Source of the DNA: Lachnospiraceae bacterium
Lineage (GTDB): Bacteria; Bacillota; Clostridia; Lachnospirales; Lachnospiraceae
Direction: 5' to 3'
Assembly: GCA_017625255.1 (NCBI GenBank)
Contig: JAGALK010000145.1
Span: 2,463 to 66,462 of the forward strand
Length of the DNA stretch: 64,000 bases
Part shown: positions 26,971 through 35,671 of the stretch, in pieces
How positions within the stretch are numbered: position 1 is the stretch's first letter
Layout: the number at the start of each line of letters is the position of its first letter
Translations under genes and position numbers: made by a program
The notes under the pieces: generated by a model
Databases searched by the model: none
What the model saw: only the letters and a program-made list of their open reading frames with translations
What the model was told of the DNA's origin: nothing

Positions 26971-27990
26971 CTATAATTTGTAATGTTTCTTTATTCTCTT
27001 ACCTGCATCTTTTCCTTTTTCATAAGGTTCAATATAAACCACCTTTCCGGTCTTTTTATAGTGCCTAAAATGTCCCCTTACGCCCCAGCAGGTAGCCACA
27101 CGATGAATTTGTCTGCTTCTCATAGTATTTGCAACCTTTTGGTTACTTGTACGCATTAAAATTCCATTCAGTGATATTTCACGCATTTTCGCCTTTTCTT
27201 CGGATTTCTTCTGCGTTGGTTCTGATGTCTTTTTGTTACCGCTTGTCCGGCTACGCTTTTTTTGTTCTCCCAGTTCTTTCAACTCCGGGTGTTCCATTAT
27301 AAAATTCAGATAACCCATAATTTTTAAAAATGTTTCCATAGGGTATAAATCTAATTCTTCCTGCCCGATTAGCTTCTGCATATATCTTTCGATTTCATCT
27401 TTATTTCGCTTTTGCTTTTCATAAATAACGCAAGTAGCATCTGCAAATTCTTTTACTTCTACTTGATACTCCCCGTTTGTTACCCGCATCGGTAGCATTA
27501 TTTTCATTGTGAAATCCCAAAAGTGTTGATATTCTTGTAATCCGGAAGATACTACTATTTCTTTGTATACGGGCATACTGGATATTTGCGTCATTTCAAA
27601 AATTACATTTTCGTCTTCCATTTCTGCGTCAAAGAACAATCGAATAATGCGATGCTTGTAACTTTGGTCCACTACTCTCTTCATTAAGTCGCGTCCCTTT
27701 AATTTCATTCCTTTATCCAGCATTGCTAAAAAGGCACCTCTGTCCGTATTATACAAATACTCATAATCGCTTAATACTTCGTCTTCTTCTACATCTGAAT
27801 TATATAATTCCAATACTCCGCTTTTTATAATAGGAACTACCAAAACCGACTTTTCATTAAAAAACTCCACCGGGACTTTTTCTTCCAGTGTTACAACATC
27901 GACGCTGATCCTATCGAAGTCTTCATACTCCTGCATCTGTTCCGTTCCTTTTTTATTTCTCTCTAATTCTATCTGTTTACCCGTTTTCAC
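26971..27990 (-). CDS. hypothetical protein (339 aa; start uncertain)
   Basis: GTG 27990 (SD gagggg, 14-nt overlap) or ATG 27936 (SD aaggaa). Basic C-terminal region; no motif recognised. Confidence 0.55.
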   Translation of the reverse strand: MKTGKQIELERNKKGTEQMQEYEDFDRISVDVVTLEEKVPVEFFNEKSVLVVPIIKSGVLELYNSDVEEDEVLSDYEYLYNTDRGAFLAMLDKGMKLKGRDLMKRVVDQSYKHRIIRLFFDAEMEDENVIFEMTQISSMPVYKEIVVSSGLQEYQHFWDFTMKIMLPMRVTNGEYQVEVKEFADATCVIYEKQKRNKDEIERYMQKLIGQEELDLYPMETFLKIMGYLNFIMEHPELKELGEQKKRSRTSGNKKTSEPTQKKSEEKAKMREISLNGILMRTSNQKVANTMRSRQIHRVATCWGVRGHFRHYKKTGKVVYIEPYEKGKDAGKRIKKHYKL

Positions 27991-28327
27991 TTCTTTGCCC
28001 CTCTATTGTTTTAATGCCTACTTTTTCTATGTATTTTTCAAACATTTCGTCATTTTTGTTTTCGGAAATAATTAAGCAATCACTTGATTTTAAGGATAAC
28101 TCTCCGTTTCTCGTATAAGGAAAAAACCTAACTTCATACGGACGGATATTAGAGTAACGGTCTTCTATAACTCTAAATATCCCTACCCTTCCGTTATACT
28201 CACAATCTTTATGCAGGTTGTATTTTTCTAGCAATTCGTATAATAATTCTCTATAATTTTTCTTATACTCTTCCATTTCGCTGATAAAATTTGCTTTGGC
28301 TGTTGCCAATTCTTTTAATTTATCCAA
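27977..28327 (-). CDS. hypothetical protein (116 aa)
   Basis: TTG start at 28327, 7 nt after SD taggag. Confidence 0.5.
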   Translation of the reverse strand: MDKLKELATAKANFISEMEEYKKNYRELLYELLEKYNLHKDCEYNGRVGIFRVIEDRYSNIRPYEVRFFPYTRNGELSLKSSDCLIISENKNDEMFEKYIEKVGIKTIEGQRSENG

Positions 28328-28337
28328 GTTTTTTCTC

Positions 28338-28670
28338 CTACATATATCTTAAAAATTGACTGGGTTCCTTACTTATATCCAAACCGTCTTTCCACCTTCT
28401 GACAAGTTGGGTTGTGTAGGTCTGCATAATGTCTTCCATTGCTTTTTCTGTTTCATCAATAATACCCTGCGTATCTCTTGCTTCGATGAACCGTGAAAAG
28501 CCATTTTTTTTACCGTCATTGATGCAAAGCATTTCCAATTCCAAATATTCTCCCGTCCGTCCTAATATGTCAGTTTCTGGCGTAAAGATGTAATGATGCA
28601 ATGCAAACGCTTCATTGATTTGTAAGTACGCATTTTCTTCTTTTAATAATGCTTGTAATTCGTTTTTCAT
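28338..28670 (-). CDS. hypothetical protein (110 aa)
   Basis: ATG 28670 with SD aaagga; consensus promoter 28703-28731 upstream. Confidence 0.55.
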   Translation of the reverse strand: MKNELQALLKEENAYLQINEAFALHHYIFTPETDILGRTGEYLELEMLCINDGKKNGFSRFIEARDTQGIIDETEKAMEDIMQTYTTQLVRRWKDGLDISKEPSQFLRYM

Positions 28671-28702
28671 AAGCTGTTTCCTTTCTTTAATGTTATAAGT
28701 AT

Positions 28703-28731
28703 ATTATACTTTAATTCGTTATAAATAGCAA
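28703..28731 (-). promoter_or_regulatory. sigma-A-type promoter
   Basis: TTGCTA 28731-28726, 17 bp, TATAAT 28708-28703. Confidence 0.55.
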
Positions 28732-28767
28732 AAAACTAGCAGTTCATTTTTATTCATTGTTTTTCCA

Positions 28768-28802
28768 TAAAAAATATTCCCCTACTTTCCGTAAGGGAAT
28801 AT
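28768..28802 (-). terminator. intrinsic terminator
   Basis: AUAUUCCCUUAC GGAAA GUAGGGGAAUAU plus U6. Confidence 0.65.
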
Positions 28803-28811
28803 CATTTCATA

Positions 28812-29723
28812 TTATATATTATTTCGACACCAGTTAATGAAGTTTTCTACTTCGTCCTCTGATGTTTTATTTTCTTTTTTTCTAATGTATCTAGCAAGAT
28901 ATACTGCTTCCAGTTCGTCCAAAGATAATTTTTTCTCCCGGTTACGCCATTCAGCTGTTGCCAATTCGATTATATCATCGTCAGAAGTTTCAATCGGCAC
29001 TTCTTTTTTCTCGCTTGTCCTACCGCATATCATACAATACGCCCAAATTTTTCTAGTTTTTTGCAGATGTTGAATATATTTTAAATAATCTTCTGCACGA
29101 TTTCTCAAATCTACATCGGTTTCGTTTTTCATTGCTTCTCTTATATTTTGGATATAAGGAGTAATAGCGGTATCATTTAAGACATCTTTTACGCCTACCT
29201 TTTCACTTTTGCAATACGGGCAAGTGCATATCACTTCTCTTTTGTCTTTCATCGGCACGATGCGGTCTTTTTCACTATCAAAAAGAAAATAGGTTGCAAT
29301 AATTATAAAACTTATAAAAAAACAGCAAAAAAATACGATAGGTGCTATTATGGGATCAGAAGCATTTACAACTAAATCATTTGGATTTTCCGCGTTTATA
29401 TGGCATATAGCTTTTGTGCCTTCCTCAAAATAGTTTAAAAATAATCCAAGTCCCCTTTCTACTTCGGTCTGATAGGTTTTACCCTGCCATTCATACTCAT
29501 ATATAACTTTATATGTAATTTTAGTATTTATGGTGTCGAAGAAAGAAATATAATTTTCGCTTATTTTTTCTACTTCTATTATCTCTCCAATTACCTTTTC
29601 GCTGTGATTAGCGGTAGCCTTTTTATAATTTGCATAGCTTGTTGCCACCAGTATAGCGGAAACGATTGTTGCAAAAAGCAAGCATAAAACCTGTGGTTTT
29701 AATAAATTTTTAACTCTCTTCAT
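28812..29723 (-). CDS. two-TM membrane protein, DUF3592-like beta domain plus cytoplasmic zinc ribbon (303 aa)
   Basis: TM1 LCLLFATIVSAILVA, then EKVIGEIIEVE...YKVIYEYEWQGKTYQ, TM2 IAPIVFFCCFFISFIIIATYFLF, then CPYCKS...CMICGR. Paralog of the upstream gene. Confidence 0.55.
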   Translation of the reverse strand: MKRVKNLLKPQVLCLLFATIVSAILVATSYANYKKATANHSEKVIGEIIEVEKISENYISFFDTINTKITYKVIYEYEWQGKTYQTEVERGLGLFLNYFEEGTKAICHINAENPNDLVVNASDPIIAPIVFFCCFFISFIIIATYFLFDSEKDRIVPMKDKREVICTCPYCKSEKVGVKDVLNDTAITPYIQNIREAMKNETDVDLRNRAEDYLKYIQHLQKTRKIWAYCMICGRTSEKKEVPIETSDDDIIELATAEWRNREKKLSLDELEAVYLARYIRKKENKTSEDEVENFINWCRNNI

Positions 29724-30411
29724 TTTTATTCTCCTTTAAATCAGACGCATCATAAGTTTCTTCTGTTTCAAGCCTTACTTCTTGATAATCGCAATCACGG
29801 CAATACAACCACCTTTTTTGATTTATAACACGGGACGATTTGTTTATGTGCTTTACTTCTCTTGCTCCAACATTTTCACTTTTACAGCAGGGGCAAGTCC
29901 ATATCATTTTCTTGATATAATCTTCTCCCTCTTTGATTTTTGTGTTCTCTTCAATTACACAGATAGTTGTATACGCAGTACACATCAGCGTAATAATGAA
30001 ACAAACAGAATATATAGCAACCTCGTTTGTTGTTTCCAATGTAGCTTCATAAGGTGTTTTTGGGTTTAAGTGACATACCAATTTTTCGCCATTTCCGGTG
30101 CCTGTAAATATGGTTTTTAATATATTCCATAAGTTTTTTGTTTCTGATTTTTCTAATTCAATTTTATATGTTTCCCCGTTCCACTCATATTCGTAAACAT
30201 AGTTGTAGTGAGTTTCTGTCTTTATTATATTCAGCCAACCAACATAATCATAGCTTTCTTCTACTTCGCCAACTTTTACTGCAACTACTTTTTCCGAATA
30301 ATAATTCGTTATTTTATTGTACTTAATTACGGAAAGAATTAACCCAATCCCTGCTGTAATAAGTGCCATAAACAATATAATTACCTTAATATTCTTAAAA
30401 ACCTTTTTCAT
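29710..30411 (-). CDS. two-TM membrane protein, DUF3592-like beta domain plus zinc ribbon (233 aa), paralog of 28812..29723
   Basis: Same architecture: EKVVAVKVGEVE...YNYVYEYEWNGETYK, TM, CPCCKS...CRDCDY. 14-nt overlap with the paralog. Confidence 0.55.
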   Translation of the reverse strand: MKKVFKNIKVIILFMALITAGIGLILSVIKYNKITNYYSEKVVAVKVGEVEESYDYVGWLNIIKTETHYNYVYEYEWNGETYKIELEKSETKNLWNILKTIFTGTGNGEKLVCHLNPKTPYEATLETTNEVAIYSVCFIITLMCTAYTTICVIEENTKIKEGEDYIKKMIWTCPCCKSENVGAREVKHINKSSRVINQKRWLYCRDCDYQEVRLETEETYDASDLKENKNEES

Positions 30412-30712
30412 TTGCTGATTTCTCCTTTTCTTCTTTTAATATTTCCGTGATGCAGGCATTATACCCAGTCTTCGCACCACGCTGAAATTCATTGTCCGTA
30501 CAGTAATGAACCTGCGGTATCGGTACAGGCTTTAACGGACACCAGTAAGGTTTTACTTCTGCTTCTTCTTTGGTAATCATCAGTGTAGGTTCTTTTACAC
30601 ACTTCAAACAAAATTGTCCTGTATGTTTTTCCTTGGCGGGAATACTTAAATAGCAGTGCATACAGTCGATAGGCATATCTACTACCAACATTGCTTTCTC
30701 TGTGTTTTTCAT
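30395..30712 (-). CDS. Cys-rich hypothetical protein (105 aa)
   Basis: ATG 30712 with SD aaggag; CMHC...CLKC...WCPL. Confidence 0.5.
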   Translation of the reverse strand: MKNTEKAMLVVDMPIDCMHCYLSIPAKEKHTGQFCLKCVKEPTLMITKEEAEVKPYWCPLKPVPIPQVHYCTDNEFQRGAKTGYNACITEILKEEKEKSANEKGF

Positions 30713-30713
30713 A

Positions 30714-31022
30714 TCATTCTCCTTCCTGCCTCTGAACTATGTATTCTACCGTGTTAAAACACCCACCAATACCTTTTATGCGTGATATATTGGCAAGAAA
30801 ATTGTATTCCGAATAAGCAAATGCTGGGAGATTTTTTTCCTTAATGTAATACTGCCATTTTTCCTGCACCTTACTATACGATTTTCCGATAATTACTTCT
30901 CTTTTTTCTGTATCTCCGAATATAATTTTAAATTGAAGTATCTTTTTCTTTACTTTATGAGCATACAGTTCTGATACCGCCTGCAACAGAGAAACTTCTG
31001 CGTTTAAATTTACTTCTGTCAA
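30714..31022 (-). CDS. hypothetical protein (102 aa)
   Basis: TTG start in a TTGA overlap with the HNH gene stop. Confidence 0.45.
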   Translation of the reverse strand: MTEVNLNAEVSLLQAVSELYAHKVKKKILQFKIIFGDTEKREVIIGKSYSKVQEKWQYYIKEKNLPAFAYSEYNFLANISRIKGIGGCFNTVEYIVQRQEGE

Positions 31023-31414
31023 AATTTAGCATCTCCTTTCCATTCATTATATTGCTCAAAATAGAACTTTACTGGGCTTATATGTTCTGAAACCAGCCCA
31101 TACTTTATAGCCAATCGGTAATTAAAGTTCTTTTGTAGATTTTTTATCATCACCGTCGTTAATCTTTCTCTAAAATCTTCTACTGAAAAAGTGGATTTAT
31201 AAAAATTACACTGTCTACAAGCGGGCATATAGTTTTCCATAGCATCAGTATTGATTTCTCTTATTTCTTCTTGATACTTTGGTATTATATGGTCCACCTG
31301 CATTTCCTTGCAGGTGATCTCACAGCCACAATACGCACAATGTCCTGCGTATTTATTATGTATCTGCTCTCTTACTTTGTTCGACAATGATTTATGCTTT
31401 GCTTTTAAACTCAT
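31019..31414 (-). CDS. HNH endonuclease
   Basis: CAYCGCE...VDHIIPK...NYMPACRQCNFYK (HNH/His-Me finger with flanking Cys pairs). ATG 31414 preferred over GTG 31420. Confidence 0.75.
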   Translation of the reverse strand: MSLKAKHKSLSNKVREQIHNKYAGHCAYCGCEITCKEMQVDHIIPKYQEEIREINTDAMENYMPACRQCNFYKSTFSVEDFRERLTTVMIKNLQKNFNYRLAIKYGLVSEHISPVKFYFEQYNEWKGDAKF

Positions 31415-31416
31415 AA

Positions 31417-31704
31417 TCACACCGACTTTCCAAATAATTCCCTGCTCTTTTCGTACAGAAATGTAATATCTTCTATACCCAGTGTGGGAGATATTTGTTG
31501 CCAGTGACCGTATTTAGCCGAATGCTTAACCCATTCATTTTCCATAGGTTCAAACATCGGTTCGTCATTGCGTATAAATATAGATGCCGAAATATCTACA
31601 GTCTTTATATCTTTATTGAACATCATAGTCATTTCTGCACTGTTATCCTTCTGTTTATAACATACGCATCTGTCACTTTCGCTACATTTATGGTTTTCGT
31701 TCAT
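31417..31704 (-). CDS. hypothetical protein (95 aa)
   Basis: ATG 31704 with SD aagggga. Confidence 0.5.
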   Translation of the reverse strand: MNENHKCSESDRCVCYKQKDNSAEMTMMFNKDIKTVDISASIFIRNDEPMFEPMENEWVKHSAKYGHWQQISPTLGIEDITFLYEKSRELFGKSV

Positions 31705-32023
31705 CGTTCTTATCCCCTTCTTTTAATATAAAACATCTTGTAGGTCTATTGATGATACCCGGATAGTTTATATAACACTTTTTAAAAATAGCGTCTTTTT
31801 CCTTACTTTCTCTATCCAATCTATCCATAACATATTTAAAGCGGGCGTGATGCCCTATACACTTGGTCCGTTCATAGACTTTCTTCCGGTCACCGCCAAA
31901 AAGAATAAAAAGGTCTTCCATATCCTGTGTATTTCCCCAATATATTCCACGATGCACAATATACGGCTCTTTTTTGTCTTTATCATGCAGAAAGTTTCGT
32001 GCAATTTCTGAATATTTTTGCAT
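31688..32023 (-). CDS. hypothetical protein (111 aa)
   Basis: Trimmed to ATG 32023 (SD gaggtg). Confidence 0.5.
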   Translation of the reverse strand: MQKYSEIARNFLHDKDKKEPYIVHRGIYWGNTQDMEDLFILFGGDRKKVYERTKCIGHHARFKYVMDRLDRESKEKDAIFKKCYINYPGIINRPTRCFILKEGDKNDERKP

Positions 32024-32034
32024 ATCCACCTCGC

Positions 32035-32331
32035 TTATTTCATATCAAACGGGTTAATGCAGTCATTGCTTCCTGCGGTAAGTGTAATAAGTTTACCTTC
32101 CGTATTTCTATGAAAATACTTACTTTTTTTACTCCGTGTTCCTGCAACTACAATATCTTCGGCGTTTTTCCGCACTCTTCCTTTTACTGTGCCTCTTAAT
32201 GTCGGTAACTTGTGGTATTTTCTGTAATTATTGCTGATTTTTCTTTGTTTTGATGTGATTTCCCCAATAACATCGAATGTTACCACTTTTAAACCTGCCT
32301 CTCTTGCTACTCTTTCTACTGCATTTACCAT
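32035..32331 (-). CDS. hypothetical basic protein (98 aa)
   Basis: ATG 32331 with SD aagggag. Confidence 0.5.
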   Translation of the reverse strand: MVNAVERVAREAGLKVVTFDVIGEITSKQRKISNNYRKYHKLPTLRGTVKGRVRKNAEDIVVAGTRSKKSKYFHRNTEGKLITLTAGSNDCINPFDMK

Positions 32332-32335
32332 TGTA

Positions 32336-32764
32336 TTATTCTCCCTTCTGATATTTTTCTCTTTTCTGCATCAATCTCAATGCCTGCTCTGCTTCTTCTT
32401 TGGTAAGGAATACCCTATAATAATCTAAATATGGTTTATCAGTGATGATATTCTCTAAATTGCAAATAACTCCGTCATAAGCATCATACTTGAATAAAAC
32501 ATCTCCTTTTTCGCAGATAACAATATACTCTATGAAAAAGGGTTCTATTTCGACATTTTCTATTTTTTCATCTGTATCAATGCGATATAGTGTGTCCCCT
32601 ACTTTGCAAGGCAACTTTAAAAGCAACCCTTGTTCCTCGGCATCTTCATATTCTCCTAATGCTTGCTTTAATTTATCTACGGCACCAATTTTTCGCATAT
32701 CAATTTTGGCTCTATAAATAGGCTTATTATTATGATAGCCAACACATTCTGTTAATCTATCCAT
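32336..32764 (-). CDS. hypothetical protein (142 aa)
   Basis: ATG 32764 with SD gaggag. Confidence 0.55.
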   Translation of the reverse strand: MDRLTECVGYHNNKPIYRAKIDMRKIGAVDKLKQALGEYEDAEEQGLLLKLPCKVGDTLYRIDTDEKIENVEIEPFFIEYIVICEKGDVLFKYDAYDGVICNLENIITDKPYLDYYRVFLTKEEAEQALRLMQKREKYQKGE

Positions 32765-32769
32765 AGAAG

Positions 32770-34758
32770 TTACTCCTCTCCTTCCTTATAGGTTTTCTCA
32801 TACTCTTTTACAAATTTATTCCAACCGCTTTTTGAAAATCCCCACGCGAAGCAGAAAGAGTATTCAGCCACTACTCTGCTATTGTTTTCATAAAGGTTAC
32901 AATATTGTTCTCTTCTGCTTTCATATCTTTCAAACGGCGTTCCAACATCATCTGCTGCGTCGGTGCAATCGAGCAAATGATTGCCGGAAGAAGAGTGACC
33001 GTTCCTTAACCAGCCTTTCACACATTTAGGAACTTCTTTTCCGGTCAATTCTTCAAGGTTTTTCCAATTCTGCGGTATAAATACAAACCACATATTACAT
33101 TTCTTTCCATTACTTTCATCAAGAAGACTATCAAAATAATAACCTTTTAAGCTGGGTGTCTTTATGCAACCAAGATAACCGTCCTTACGGCTTACTTCCC
33201 ACATATCCGGTTCTTCGCCATACCTAATGCCGATAACACATTTTTCTGTATGATAAATTGTGGAGGCTGAACCATAATTTATCAGCGTGTGTGTCTTGAC
33301 TTCCTCGTTGTTAATTCCTGCATAAGTTTCATACATTAAACGAAGCAGATAATCTTTGTTTTCTACAAGGGCTTCTGTATACCACTTTCTTACTGCATCC
33401 GTTCTTCCAAAACGGTTCCATTCTTCAAAAATTTTGCCCCGCATATAATCGGCTAACTGCTTTCGTGCATCGGTATATACCTGCATACGCATCTTTTTTT
33501 CGGTACCCACAAATTCCGGTATGTAGGAAAGTTCTTTGTTTTCTTCCTTTTCTTTATCAATTAAATAGGTAACATTACTTTTTTGAAACAAATTGCTGGG
33601 ATCATAGACAAACCCTTCTCCCCATAAATCAATCATATACTGGTTTTTATTCTCAAAAACTCCTTGCTCGTCCCAGTGATTATCTTTATTCGTAAATTCT
33701 TCGGCAGGAGTACCGTTTATAATTTCTTCATTGCTGTATGAAATGTTGATTTCTGCCTGCTTTACTGCCAGTTCACTTTTTTCAATAGGCATAAGTGCAT
33801 GATTTTCTATCTTTTCGATATTTGCAGGAAGAAAACTGTCTAAATGCTTCATAGGCAGGTCTACTTCCTTATCAGTAAACTTAAACACCAGCAATAGCAT
33901 CGCAATAATAATAGGCATAAATACTTCAATACCAAGATTATACATATCTACTGCGTTTTCATTTATCTCGTATTTGGTCGCATAGCCCTTATAATCGTAA
34001 CCGGAATAATTAAAAATATAGTCATACGGGAAAATGCCGTCGGCTTTCTTTTCCGTCCACCTTGCGTTTCTTGATACTGCGTGTTGTCCGATAAATTGTT
34101 CGTTTGCTCTGTCATTTATGGAAATGATATTGCCATTATTCTTAATAAAGAATGAAAAATAACAATCTGCGGTCTTTTCTGCCGAAATAAAGCAATAATA
34201 CATACCGTCTGCTGATTTTTCAATCGTAAGTAGGCACTCTGCAAGGTTGTTGAAAATATGCAGTTTGGTGCTGATATGTTTAATTTCTTCGACTTTTTCA
34301 CCCTTTAAATAAAGGTCAACATTGCATTTGGCAATATCCGTCATTACATTATCCAGCGAGTTCATAATTTCCTTTCGGTTATCTTCGCCCTCGCCAATGA
34401 GTTTCCCCTGCGTCACTTGTGCATACAGGCTGTTTAATTTACTGATAAATTTTTTCTCTGCATCGGTAGCCACCGTAGAGTTTAGGCACTCATACATTTC
34501 TCTCTCTTTTCTGATGCAGTCGGGATTTTCCAATATATCCAAAACGGATATTTTCCCCTCACTCATTACTCTTTCAAAGTGTAATCTTGCATAAATAACC
34601 GCAAGCATACCCGTACCGTCATATTCCTGCAAAATTCTTTCAATGGTTTCTCCAATCTTATGAAAACGGTAATCATTATTCATTAGATTAAATGTTTTCT
34701 GCTCCCGGTTATAATTTATGTATTCGCCCCATTTGTTTAAAATTTCCGTATAATTCAT
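32770..34758 (-). CDS. large orphan protein (662 aa)
   Basis: Uninterrupted ORF, ATG 34758 with SD agaggag. One central hydrophobic stretch VFMPIIIAMLLLVFKF; no catalytic motif recognised. Confidence 0.65.
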   Translation of the reverse strand: MNYTEILNKWGEYINYNREQKTFNLMNNDYRFHKIGETIERILQEYDGTGMLAVIYARLHFERVMSEGKISVLDILENPDCIRKEREMYECLNSTVATDAEKKFISKLNSLYAQVTQGKLIGEGEDNRKEIMNSLDNVMTDIAKCNVDLYLKGEKVEEIKHISTKLHIFNNLAECLLTIEKSADGMYYCFISAEKTADCYFSFFIKNNGNIISINDRANEQFIGQHAVSRNARWTEKKADGIFPYDYIFNYSGYDYKGYATKYEINENAVDMYNLGIEVFMPIIIAMLLLVFKFTDKEVDLPMKHLDSFLPANIEKIENHALMPIEKSELAVKQAEINISYSNEEIINGTPAEEFTNKDNHWDEQGVFENKNQYMIDLWGEGFVYDPSNLFQKSNVTYLIDKEKEENKELSYIPEFVGTEKKMRMQVYTDARKQLADYMRGKIFEEWNRFGRTDAVRKWYTEALVENKDYLLRLMYETYAGINNEEVKTHTLINYGSASTIYHTEKCVIGIRYGEEPDMWEVSRKDGYLGCIKTPSLKGYYFDSLLDESNGKKCNMWFVFIPQNWKNLEELTGKEVPKCVKGWLRNGHSSSGNHLLDCTDAADDVGTPFERYESRREQYCNLYENNSRVVAEYSFCFAWGFSKSGWNKFVKEYEKTYKEGEE

Positions 34759-34759
34759 A

Positions 34760-35017
34760 TCAATTCTCCTCTTCTACTTCGCTTATAAAAAGAAACAATT
34801 TGTTATTATTTAGAACATCTTTGCCGATTACTTCTCTCTCCAAAAGTTCATTCCTATACACAACCATACTTATATCGCAATTACTGAAAAAATTATCAAT
34901 TACGCCACTATACAAGGCTTTATATCCGCAGATAATTGTAAGATGCGTAATATCGTATTTTTTCTTGGCTTCTTCGACTGCTTTTTTTACTTTATAAATA
35001 CTTTTTTGTTTCTTCAT
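34760..35017 (-). CDS. hypothetical protein (85 aa; start uncertain)
   Basis: ATG 35017 is the only start with an SD (aaagga, 10-nt spacing). The track ORF extends to 35062 without one. Confidence 0.45.
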   Translation of the reverse strand: MKKQKSIYKVKKAVEEAKKKYDITHLTIICGYKALYSGVIDNFFSNCDISMVVYRNELLEREVIGKDVLNNNKLFLFISEVEEEN

Positions 35018-35068
35018 AAGCACCATTTCCTTTCTATGTATATTATACTTTTCCATATACACAAAGTC

Positions 35069-35105
35069 AAAAAAATACCGTAAGCCTTTGCCTACGGTAT
35101 TTTTT
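35069..35105 (-). terminator. intrinsic terminator (symmetrical A/T flanks)
   Basis: ATACCGTAAGC...GCCTACGGTAT hairpin between an A7 and a T6 run. Confidence 0.65.
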
Positions 35106-35108
35106 ATA

Positions 35109-35552
35109 TTAACAAATCTGATTTTTTATAAAGGTTACATCTTCAATGATTTTTCCGGTTTTAAGATCTAAAATAGCATCGTTAGTATCTTCCTTATACC
35201 TTACATATCTAATTCCGTTTCTGCCCTCGTTTATTGTTAAATATCCCATTTTTCGATACAATTTGATTTGACTAATGCAATCTGCAAGTGGAACATCGAA
35301 ATATTCCAGCAACTTCGTCGAGGCAGTATTTTCAATCATTTCTTGCATATATTCTCTAAATTTCTTTATTGCCTCTTTCTGATCGTCGTATTTTCCAAAG
35401 AAATTTACATTGCGTCTGCCCTCTTCGTTATCAACATAATATTGATTTTTATTATCCTTATATAAGCTGAAAATGGTTCCCCAAAATGTAAGAGTTCCGT
35501 CCACTGCTTCTACCATAATTGTACTTACTCCGTGGAATACTTTTATCTTCAT
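35109..35552 (-). CDS. hypothetical protein (147 aa)
   Basis: ATG 35552 with SD aggag; terminators on both sides. Confidence 0.55.
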   Translation of the reverse strand: MKIKVFHGVSTIMVEAVDGTLTFWGTIFSLYKDNKNQYYVDNEEGRRNVNFFGKYDDQKEAIKKFREYMQEMIENTASTKLLEYFDVPLADCISQIKLYRKMGYLTINEGRNGIRYVRYKEDTNDAILDLKTGKIIEDVTFIKNQIC

Positions 35553-35610
35553 TTTTTTCTCCTATAATATGTATTTTTTACATATTATATCCTATTTTTT
35601 ATATTTTTAA

Positions 35611-35648
35611 AAGACAAAAGAGTTCTCCTACCATTAGGAAAACTCTTT
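35611..35648 (-). terminator. intrinsic terminator
   Basis: AAGAGUUUUCCUA AUGG UAGGAGAACUCUU followed by UUUGUCUUUU. Confidence 0.55.
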
Positions 35649-35671
35649 TTAATTTTAGTTTAACTCTTTTC

